A stretch of 60,467 nucleotides of DNA, the filler included, from Catajapyx aquilonaris (lineage: Eukaryota), in the NCBI GenBank assembly GCA_000934665.2. It is 4 parts of 4 records of this genome, joined end to end, with 100 filler letters (N's around TTAATTAATTAA, not from the genome) between each part and the next. Parts side by side here need not be neighbours in the genome. Positions count along the whole stretch, not along the records: positions 30,376 to 45,345 come from JYFJ02007634.1; 3 more parts are not named here. One strand, written 5' to 3'. Of this stretch, positions 34,794-45,445 are shown piece after piece (within the stretch, counting starts at the first letter, position 1; every line of letters begins with the position of its first letter). The notes beneath the pieces were generated by a model that was not told where the DNA came from, made no database searches, and was given only the letters and a program-made list of their open reading frames with translations. Made by a program: the position numbers and the translations under genes.

Positions 34794-36244
34794 TAAAACT
34801 TATGTCAAGAAGTAAATGAATCATTGTAATATGCCAGGTGAAGCTTGTAAGAGCATTTTGATCCTGCATTTCCTCCTCCTCTTATCATTCCAGCTTTCAG
34901 TTTCTGTCATCATCAGTGATATATATCGTCTGCTGAGAAAGTGAAATCCATTATGTCCAATTTTGGCAGTTTTGAATTAAGTTACCTCCAAAAAAATGTG
35001 CATTTTCTTTAATAACTTACCTGCCTATATCATTGTGCCAAGTTTGACGCCATTGACAACACTTACACTTCCCTTGTAAGTGTGATAGCTATGCATGAGA
35101 GTAAAAAATGATCTAAAAAAATTAACGTAACGTTAAGATGACCTTTTGGAAATGTAACGTTGGGAATTATTTTCCAGAAATTATTATTATTATTTTTTGC
35201 CTCACGAAGCCTTGCTTTAATTTTTGAGTCCGTGAACTATGATCAAATTTGGCATTAAATTTTCAAGTGAATAAAAAATGAATTTAATTTCAAACTGAAT
35301 TTTAAATGCATTTAAATTTTTCAACAGGCTCAGATATGAATGTGTGCCTTTAAAACCTGCCTTAATTTTACCACTACTTCAATTCAATTTGGCTCATTTT
35401 TGCTTACATAATTCTGCATTTAAATTTGCATAAATTTTTCAAGTGGATTTTTTCTGCTGCTTTACATAGAAAATTTACAAGTAGGGCAGATCTAGGTGAA
35501 ACAATTGGACCTTTAATGATATAGAAGCATGAATTTTGGCAGACTTGCTGACAACATGCATCATTAGCATAACTTGTGCGTATGATTGCAGAGTACTTCG
35601 GATTGCTGCAAAAACTGGAAAGCTATCTAAATCCAATATTTTTAGCAGAAAAATTCTAGTGGAGCATGTATGCAAATTATTGTATTAATATTGAATTAAC
35701 TAAGCACCGATAATTCATAGCAAATGATTTCATATCACCTAGGTAGGTCTAACATTGATTGCCTGAATTGCTCAAACATTATTTACTGACCATTTTTAAA
35801 AAACAATTAAAAAGTCCTATAAATCAATTTATTTACCTCTTTTCCCAATTGATCCCTAAGTTGTGATTAGTAGCACATACTATATGCCTTATACATATTC
35901 TGTAATACCAGACATTTTAATTATACTGATGAGATTTTGCAATTGATAGTTTGGCACAATTGCAGTTAGAAGTTTTTATATCATTAATGTTACTACTGGA
36001 AGTGCACCTGCTGCTACAGTATAGCGGTATATGTAATAAAAACTATGAATATCATCATGTCCTTGGAACCTTGGGAAGGTGACCCAGGAGGAAACCTGTT
36101 TGACTGTCGCAGTTTAAGCCTTTTGTGCAAAAAATCAAATAAAATGTCGTTTGCTATGATGGCTATGATTTGAGAAATCCATTTTACTGAATGTGAGTGG
36201 ATGATTTGTCATGCCTCATGCGGAATTTGTGTTTTGGTGAATGC

Positions 36245-36245
<1 letters not shown>

Positions 36246-36309
<64 letters not shown>
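36246..36309. repeat. (AGT)n microsatellite, about 21 units
   Basis: Directly visible; source of the poly-Ser ORF at 36201-36386. Confidence 0.97.
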
Positions 36310-36447
36310 AGTTTCTTTATTTTTCCCAGTGGGCCTGCGGCCCTTACAGTGAGATTACTTCTCCAATAATCAATATTACAATGTAGGTTTGAGAGTTACA
36401 TATTAGCAGTTAAATACACAAACTGGTGATATTTTAGTAACACTAAT

Positions 36448-36900
36448 AAGGGAACGGTCTGGGTCTGGCACCTCCGATTTGGTCGAAACTTGCATGAGGG
36501 GTCATTCATGTGCGATAGACACAGTGGCGAAAGTTTTAGATCGCAACGTCCAGCCGTGTCCGAGATATGAGCGACAGAAACATCCGAATTTTGGCTGCGC
36601 GCATTTGCCGGAAGCCGCTCTACCAGCTCCACATCCCTTCTACCTTGATTCCCCCCGTAATGGGAACCTATTCAGCCTTATCAAAATTTGTATAACATTT
36701 AATAATCTCTCATACATGTCATACAAATTTTGATAAGGCTGAATAGGTTCCCATTACCCAATTTTAGGTATAGAAGCTCTTTATTCGGAAACGGCTGGAC
36801 GTTGCGAGCTAAAACTTTCACCACTGTGTCTATCGCATATAAATGACCCTTCAAGCAAGTTTCAGCCAAATCGGAGGTTCCCGACTCTGACCGTTCCCTT
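36448..36900. mobile_element. Foldback/MITE with ~120-bp imperfect TIRs and a nested perfect hairpin
   Basis: AAGGGAACGGTC...(36448 to ~36568) mirrors ~36782-36900; inner 37-bp perfect arms 36657-36693 / 36721-36757. Confidence 0.8.
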
Positions 36901-37617
36901 GTAAGTATCTAGGTAATCTAAGAAACCTTTTAATAAAATACAGTAATGTTGGGCCTGGTTTAACTTGTGCCAAAGGGCCAGGTCACACACATGAGCATTA
37001 TACAATATTAAGATCAATTTGCATCAAATATTTTCATAGCAATAACAGATCTAGGCTACGTGTCTGTAGTCGTTGAAGTATGAGTCGCATTCGAGATCGC
37101 TTTAGCCTTGGCTAGACGAGCCATGGTCTTAGAATACGGTCTGGTCACTCCCTCTTACCGAGCTGAACTTTATATAAGGTTCAGGGCGGTCCGGTAGGGT
37201 CGCCACATATTATAGCAGTGAAAGCTGTCTCATGGCGCTCTCAAGTGAGCACCTCATGCAAAACGCCCCGGCAGGCGATAAGATAAAGCTATAGGGGTAG
37301 TGTCCGTGGGCTGGCTAGAGCTATAGATGTATTTCTCAAATACTTCGCAGATGATGCAAAAGTGACCCCCAAGTACTTGTAATCAGCAGTGAGGCTAATT
37401 TTGTCTCCCTTCCATATACTTATCATTACTTGCCAAATTGCCCCCTCTACGGAATGAATGCAAATGTTTAACCCTGTGTAACCTTGATAGGTAAATGCCC
37501 TTGGTTTTATTTCATAGTCAGAATGTGGGAGGAATCTCATGAAGCAGAAGAGTGTTGAGCACAAGTAGTTGCACTTGTGATTCATACAGTGTCAGACTTG
37601 GTGTCACACATCAAGAC

Positions 37618-40286
37618 ATGATCGTACCATTGGTGCTGCTAGTGGTGACAGCATATCTGGTGTATTGGTATGTCACCGGAAAAGATACAACCATTGAGAG
37701 ATTCCCGCCTGGTAAGTAAAGCAGGATCAGCACGTGTGTTTCTAACTTTCATCCACTTGACAAAGGTCATTACAATGATATTATTATAGGTCTATTGTAA
37801 TGTAGAATTTCACACATTACTATTACCAGGCAGATTATACTGGTATAAATATATAGGCTATTGTAAATGTGAATGGCATCATGTCCTTGAGGAAAGGCGA
37901 CCGTCTACCATATAGAAAACCTGTTTTGCTGTCGCAGTTTATGAGCTGTAAACAATGTCTAACACTTACAGGTCCACGGGGCTTGCCCATTCTTGGCCAC
38001 CTTCTATTCTTGGGCAACAATCCCTATGAAACATTGGTCAAAATAGGCCACAAATATGGGAGTGATGTGTGCAGTGTGTACCTCGGTACAGACAGGTAAG
38101 CAATATCATATCACTAGTGATGTGTTGTCTTATCGCATTTCTTCTGCAGGGTGGTCATACTTAATAGTACCAGTGCAATTTGTGAGGCCAGTAAGAAGCT
38201 GGAATTTTCTGGAAGACCAGATCTAGAATTTATGAATGTATGGTGCAAGTTAGGAACTGATGAGCGCCATGGTATGTACAATGTTTCAAGACAACATGAA
38301 GTGACTTTTGACCTCATTTTTTATTCTCCAGGTATTACATTGAATCAGGGTCCTGATTGGGTTGACCAGCGTCGTTTTGCCCTTCGCAACCTCTGCAACC
38401 TTGGTTTTGGTACGAGGAGCATGGAAGACTTGGTTCTTCTGGAAGTCCACGATTTTGTAGATATCATGCTGATGCTCGTTCCAAAGGTCAACCAGCCCAT
38501 GAAAATTGGTCCTCATTTTGGGCCGGTTGTGATCAATTCTCTCTGGACCTTGGTCGCTGGAACCAGATTCGCATATGATGACCCTCAATTCAGCCAGTTG
38601 TGCTGTAACATAACCACGTGGGTTGTAATTCACAATCAGTAAGATTCAAAAGCCTTACACGCCATTTTTCTTTCAGGAATTTTACTGCCATTAACTCAGT
38701 GGGACTGGCTGTATTCTTCCCAAATTTGGCCAAAATATTTCCAAATTTGTTAGGTTGGAAGAAAGTTGTTGAAGCTATTGAAGGAGTCAGAGAACTCGCC
38801 AAGGTACTGTACTTTTGGGATATATAGCAAAACAAAATATTAGTTTCATCTTGCTAGATGGTAATAAATTATTTAGGTTTCCCTAAAACATTTTTTTTGA
38901 CATAAAGTACAGTCCATATCATACTTTGTGTATGATCTTTCATTAGAGCGAGGTGAAAAAGCATAAGGACACGTTCAAGCCTGATGACCCACCTAGGGAT
39001 TTCATCGACATTTATCTGAAGAAGATGCAATCAACAATGGATCCAAACTCCAGTTTCTATAAGGAAAAGGGAGGTAATTGCACATGATTATTATTTTTTA
39101 TTAGCTGCGGCACCCGGCGCTGCCCGGGAAGAAATGAATGAAGGGAAAACACCTGCCAGTACCCCCGTCAACTGTCTGTCTTTCTGTGTGTCCGCCCACC
39201 AATGCCATCTGTGGTCCTGCTCAAAGAGCTTGGTCCTGCTGCTCCAACCGCTTGAACCTCTCCCGCCTGTATAACGGCAACCGTCATTTGCCTGCCATCT
39301 GTAGTCAACCCCCAAAACCTCCATCCTCTCCCGGCCGGGGGTGGAGCACAGATGGCAGGAAAATGACGGTTGGAGGCGGACAGACAGACAGACAGACTCA
39401 CAAACGGGTTTATTTCTCAAAATAAAAATTATGTAGATTGACGAACTCTGTTTTCTCCCAAATAGAAAGAAATTTGATAGTGGCTATGATGGATCTATTT
39501 GGTGCCGCTGTGGAAACCACCACAACAGTCTTGAACTGGGCCTGCCTGTACCTGGCTTACTTCCCAGAAGTTCAGAAGAAAATTCGCAAAGAGATGGACA
39601 GAGTTGTAGGAAGCAGGTCTCCAACCATGGCTGACAAACCAAAGTAATTATATTAATTATAATGTTCATTATTGGACAACTTCACATTGATCACTCTTTA
39701 ATCGTAGCATGCCATATCTTGATGCCGTGATTCATGAAGTTCTAAGAATTACTGCAGTTATCCCTCTCATGCTTCAGCATCGTGTCACAGAAGACACTGG
39801 TATTATTACATTGCTCCATGTGTCCACTCACCATGATTTATATGATGCAATCTTGCAGAATTCCAATAAGGATACATTATCCCCAAAGGCACCAGTGTGA
39901 TCTTGAACGCATACAATGCAATGAAAAATCCCATAGATTGGCAGGATCCAAGTGAATTCCAACCTGAACATTTCCTCGACTCTGATGGAAACTTCAGAAG
40001 CTCAGACGCATTCATGGTGTTTGGTTCAGGTCAGCTTCTTTGGACATTTCATTTTCTTTGACGGCTGCTAAATTACAAAGTGATTATTTTGCTTGCAGGG
40101 AAGCGTGCATGTCTGGGAGAGAACCTGGCCAGAATGTCTCTGTTTCTACTTCTGGCCAATATTCAGCATAGGTTCAGACTGGAGTTTCCTGATGTCACTC
40201 CCAAACCTTCATTGGATTATATCAAGCCAGGAGTGGTGCTGCATCCACAGCCATATGATGTGGTGCTTCGTACAAGGGAACACTAA
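37618..40286 (+). pseudogene. Tandem CYP2-clan P450 paralog with an in-frame TAA in exon 9 (pseudogene, null allele or splice-rescued)
   Basis: Same 10-exon structure as 31919-34272; GAAVETT, EVLR, PEHF, FGSGKRACLG. Exon 9 reads TTC CAA TAA GGA (TAA at 39867-39869) versus TTC CAA GGA in the paralog. Confidence 0.75.
39101..39437 (-). mobile_element. Non-autonomous Helitron (Lep1-like layout) in intron 6 of the second P450
   Basis: Minus strand: A|TCTACAT 5' end, (GTCT)n microsatellite near the 5' end, 3' hairpin CCCGGGCAGCGCCGGG then CTAA|T; absent from the short paralogous intron. Confidence 0.8.
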
Positions 40287-40354
40287 TGAGGAATGTTGGA
40301 TATGTAGAGAGTAATAAGACTAATTTAAATAATCTGTGAAAAAATGGTTTGATT

Positions 40355-40403
40355 AAAGGGGTTCCGCACAGATGGCTTTAAGCCATCTGTGCGGAACCGC
40401 TTT
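40355..40403. repeat. Near-perfect 49-bp palindrome
   Basis: GGTTCCGCACAGATGGCTT-T-AAGCCATCTGTGCGGAACC (19-bp perfect arms), extending to 24 bp with one mismatch. Confidence 0.9.
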
Positions 40404-42126
40404 CAGCTGCGTTTCATATGAGTAATGATGCATACCCTGTGCAGAAAGTAATACAGTACCATATTAAACAATTTTTTCATCAGTTTTTTTTATAATAATG
40501 ATGTAAGTAGATTTGAAACAAACTTCAACTTGAAGTGCTGTCAACACTGTTAAGAGTGTAAAATTGAACCAAAATAGTCAAAGTAATTTTAATGTAAAAT
40601 CTGTGACATTTAAATCTAAGATGTGAACACCAGTGGTAATAAGCAACAGTGTAATAGTATGTGTGGGAAAATACTTGCAAAAAAAACAGGTATAACTTCT
40701 CTTTATTATACAACACCTATACATTGGCTATAGTTAATTAGCCTATATGTAAGGAGTGGAAAAACCAGCCATAATTGTGCAATAAATTAGGTGCAAAGAC
40801 GTCGGAACGACAATTTTAGACAACAGCGAATATATATGATAACTACTATTTCTTCACAATGTTGAAAACACCTTTTTTTGTGATTGAAGGTGAAGGCAAT
40901 GAGGATTGGAGGAGTAGTTGAAGTACATGCAATTAGTGTATGAACTTGAAGAAAAAAAATGCATGGTATATCATGCGAAGTTGGTCATTTTGAATCTTGT
41001 ACTTGGCAAGTAACGACGTGCCTTGACTAAGGTAAGCCATCAAAAAATATTTAAGATAATTTTGCTCAAGTACTTATATTCATCTTTCATAAGTGGTTTC
41101 AGACATACTGACCATCGTTCAAAATGATTATGGAATTTTGTTTGTGTGTTACATTTGCTGTGGTTGTGGCCATGATCTACGAGAGGCTTACCAGTACCAG
41201 CAGATGATTAGCTGGGCAGGTAAGAATCAGGATTATGTTTTGCATTGCATTGTTGGAGTTATGTTTGGTTTCTTCATTACAGTTCCAGGATAACAACACA
41301 AGGATATTTATACACTTGTGTGTACTAATTACATTGTTTAAGCCAATAAAAAGAATGTCATAAACTCAAAACTTTGCAGTTCCAAAAAAATTATTCTAAT
41401 TATTCAGACAGTAGTGATTAAGTTAGTTTGTAATATTATGAATCTTTGTTATCGAGTAATACATAAATGTGGAGCCAACGCTAGACTTTTTTTCTGAAGT
41501 AATGCTGGATTGATTTATAGCTACTGGAATGGTAATGTGACTAAATGGTTGTCCATGTACTGGTAAGTAAAATAAGAAAACACATAATGGGAGGACCTTG
41601 AGTAAATAAATGATGCTTGCATGCTACTAATTTGCATGTGAAGTAGCTACCTTGATTGCCTTAATTACTCCGGTACTTGATCTGGGAGAAATAGTATGAT
41701 GTAGTTAATGTGATAAAATATACCTTTTTCCCGCATTACCTTGGCATTACTCATGAGGGACTACAATGTTACAAAACACGCAACAGAGTTTCATCGCAGT
41801 TCACACGCTTATTGCTTATTACGTGAGCATAGTTCAAGTAAGCCAATTAGCAAATGATGTTGCGTCATTGAGTCATGCCAATATAAATACAAGCGGTATT
41901 GGACAGGGAAGACGTGCTTTATTGCTAAAATTACTGAAAAGCTATTAGCATATAGCTAGTAGCGGTGATTTATAACCGCGACTTATGAAGAGCAGCGACA
42001 TCTATTAGCTACGTTGTGTTCAGCCCGTCGCCATTTTCATTTTCCATTTTTTGTTGTTCTGCGGGTTGTTGTCCGCCTCCCTCTTCGTTTTCCAGCCCGG
42101 ATTTTGCCCGGATTCCCTGTCCGAAC

Positions 42127-43101
42127 ATGATGCAGAACGAGTTGGAGGACTGCCCGGACACGGACTCGAGCGACGAGGAGTACGTACCCGGGGGTAAGAG
42201 TGCGTACCTAAGTGCGTATTACAACATGGAACCAGTACCACACTACAAGTACCACACTACAATGATTGAATTCCTCAGGTGCGGAGAGCGACTGCAGTGA
42301 CAGCCACTCAGACTCTGGTGGAGGGGAGACACGCGGTGGGAAAAGGTGAGTCGGACGCACGTATGTTTGCGGCATGGTGTACATGACATTTGTGTGCGCA
42401 GGAAAGGGAAGAAGACTGAGGAGGAGCAGCCCCAGGAGACGACTCCGGAGAGCAAGGAGAAGGTGAAGGAGAAGTCGGACAAGTTGTGGGCGGAATTCCT
42501 GAAGGAGCCAGACTCGCAATCGACGACGGAGAAGAAGGAAGTGGCGGAAAAGCAGAAAGTCAATGTCACAAAGACTTACGAGTTTGCAGGAGAGACTGTC
42601 AGGTAATGCGGTTGGAGCGGGGTAGGCAATCTTTGAATTGAGGTGGAGAGAACAACGTACTCACACTTTTCTTAATATGTAGCTTGTCGAAAGAAGTTCC
42701 TGCGGACTCGAAAGAGGCGAAGGAAGCCGCAAGTAGTGCGGCACCTGTTCCCACTCAGTCTAAGCCCGCCCTGCCCAAGCCAGTTGTTGGTAAGCGTCCT
42801 GCTGCTTTGTCTGGCATCCTGGGTGCAATTTCTGGGAAGAAGACGAAGATGAGCACCCTTGCCAAATCCAAGCACGACTGGGATTCATTCAAGGAGTCGG
42901 AAGGAATTTCAGATGAGCTTCGAATGTTCAGCCAAGGCAAACAGAGGTATGGAAAGGAGGCGGCTGGGGTTTAGCTTCATGAGATTAATGCGATTCAATT
43001 TACATTACAGCTATGTAGAACGGCAAGCATTTTTGCAACGGACTGATGTGCGACAATTTGAAGTGGAACGGGACTTGAGGCTGAGTCGACGGATCAAATG
43101 A
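42127..43101 (+). CDS. CFDP1: Craniofacial development protein 1 / BCNT family (Yeti, Swc5 homolog), 229 aa
   Basis: Exons 42127-42193, 42279-42345, 42402-42602, 42683-42946, 43011-43101 sum to 690 nt. Acidic SSDEEYVP, LWAEF, TYEFAGETV, BCNT-C domain KMSTLAKSKHDW...YVERQAFLQRTDVRQFEVERDLR. CGCCATTTT YY1-like motif at ~42029. Confidence 0.95.
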
Positions 43102-44137
43102 TGCTTCTTGCGGAAAGGATGTACGAGGTGTCCTAAAGAGGAGAAGCACAACCTTCTTGCAAAAAAATATGAATTTGGAAGTGAGCAGCTGATTTGCTGG
43201 TTGCTGCTATAGGTAGTATCATGAAAGCTCAGGTGAACTTTATATGTAGGATCAAATCATGTGTTATTATGCAGGAAATTGTGTGCTACCGGTTGCCACA
43301 ATTCATTATTATGCAAGATTTAGTTATGCCATGAGTCATGTTTCATTTTGCATTTGTGTCATGTTTTGTGATGTTCTACCATTTCTGCTCATTTTTATTT
43401 ACTGCGTGAGAGTTACTTCCTTGAAGGTTGTGCTCTTCTCTCAAACTTGCCAAGTGACTAATGTTTTTTGTAACTTGGTTTTGACCAATTGTACCAAGGG
43501 TGACAGGGACGGTATGGAGTTTACTGTGATGTGTGTATGTTGATGGATAAACTAATCATTCACAACCATGGAAATGGCTTAATTTAAGGTAGTTACTAGC
43601 TATTCAGACTGTGATTTTCCTTTGACAGTATTTCATGTTCTTTGATAATAATGGCTGTTGGTAAGCTCGATATGTGTGCTGGCAACCAGTCAGGTGATTT
43701 GAAAGAATCACCAGTTACAGAATCGATGGGCATCAGTGAACCTGATGCTAGAGTGGGTGTACTACCGGTAATGTATAAGAAAAATAAATGGGTGCATTTA
43801 TGTTAGCTGTAATACGATTTGCTTCTAATTTCAAACCATACTACCGAGGTACTGTCAGTCGGAACTGTGAGTTGGCAAAATGCATGAAACAGTTGGGCTT
43901 AGCCAGATGTAGCAAGTGGCTTCATATAATTAGGGTGTTCTGCTTCGAAGTGTACAGTCATAAAAGAAAGGTGTGAATCTCTGAAAATCATTTATGCATG
44001 TCCAATTTTTATTCAACATATGTTGTGTGTTACAATTTCAATCTTATAAATTATGCAGGCTGCTAACACCAGTCACTTACACTCCGCATATGCATCGCAG
44101 TTCAGTATATTCCAGCTTGTACTAGAAGGCTCACGCC

Positions 44138-45345
44138 ATGGTTGGCCTTCATGCTACTCTCCTGATTTTCATTACTGGTAAGCTGAATATCTTTCAATGT
44201 AACATGACTTTTGCACATAGAAGGGGCAGTCAGTTATGTAGGTGGCCCAAATCAATAGGTAAAATAATTATGCTGAAAAGCATGACACACGTTGTTTCGA
44301 CGTAAGATTTATTCTGATTACAAAATAATATTTTCAGTCTATTCAGGGAGTGTCAATGCCCAAAACTACACCCTACTGATTGATCTTATGAAGAATTTGG
44401 CAACACGCTGCATAGCTGGTTTGGTCCCAAATGGTCCATCGAAGGAAGTTGACTGCGGTACGTACCCTACCTCGGATGACTAGCAATAACACAAATTACT
44501 ATGTACTCTGTACCCACTCTCTGGATATGTATGCACATGACTGTGATGATTGCAGGTGATCAGATAGGCACATTCACTAACAACAATGGAACCTGCTACA
44601 TACTGGGGATGCCTGACTGCAACTACAGGCCTACAGGATTCTACCTGTACAATTCAGCCGAGCCTGATAAAGGACAGAACCTAACTTTCAACAGCACAAC
44701 CCAGTTGGACGAGTCCAATTACAACGCATCATGTCCTGCAATTGTGTATATGCATGGGTTTAATGAAGATCAGAACTCACTATATGTACAGGCTATAAAA
44801 GCAGAGTATCTTAAGGCAGCGAAGCGCAGCATGGTAGAAAGTTCAACACCTGACAAGATCCTGGCAGCCATTCATTTAGTGATATTTTTTCCAGTCTGGA
44901 TGTGTCAACGTCATCTTGGTTGGATACTTAGACCCTCAGAATTATGACATTATTACTGCTCTCAGATACCTCGAATTAGTGGCTAGAAGAATTGCCTACT
45001 TCATCTATCTGCTGCACACATGGAAAGGAACACCCCAGTCTGAGATTCACCTGATTGGCACCAGCCTAGGTGGTCTGGGGGGAGGATATGTCTGCAGGCG
45101 TCTAGCGACAAAGTGGGCCATCATCATCGCTCGATTCACAGGTAGTCTATGTCAGATCTTGGTGTGTTACATATTCATTGGTGTACTGATTGAATTATCA
45201 TCATGCCAACTGTCTGTTGGCAGCTCTGGATCCTGTGGGTATCGCGAACTGCTACTGCCGAGAGCTAGCTGCCGGATACATGCTGAATCGAAATGAAACT
45301 GGTTATGCCATGATTATTCACTCCAATGGAGGGAACATAACTGCT
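44138..45345 (+). CDS. Secreted pancreatic-lipase-family protein, 3' part cut by the spacer
   Basis: Signal exon MVGLHATLLIFITG; IVYMHGF; NVILV; IHLIGTSLGG nucleophile elbow; RFTALDPVG; IIHSNGG. Confidence 0.85.
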
Positions 45346-45445
45346 NNNNNNNNNNNNNNNNNNNNNNNNNNNNNNNNNNNNNNNNNNNNTTAATTAATTA
45401 ANNNNNNNNNNNNNNNNNNNNNNNNNNNNNNNNNNNNNNNNNNNN
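45346..45445. other. Artificial spacer N44-TTAATTAATTAA-N44
   Basis: Identical to the other two; cuts the lipase mid-exon. Confidence 0.97.

Noticed and set aside
36201..36386. Poly-serine ORF
   Set aside because: Translation of the (AGT)n microsatellite.
42127..43101. CFDP2-type retrotransposon endonuclease fusion
   Set aside because: The spliced protein is a compact BCNT protein with no endonuclease domain.
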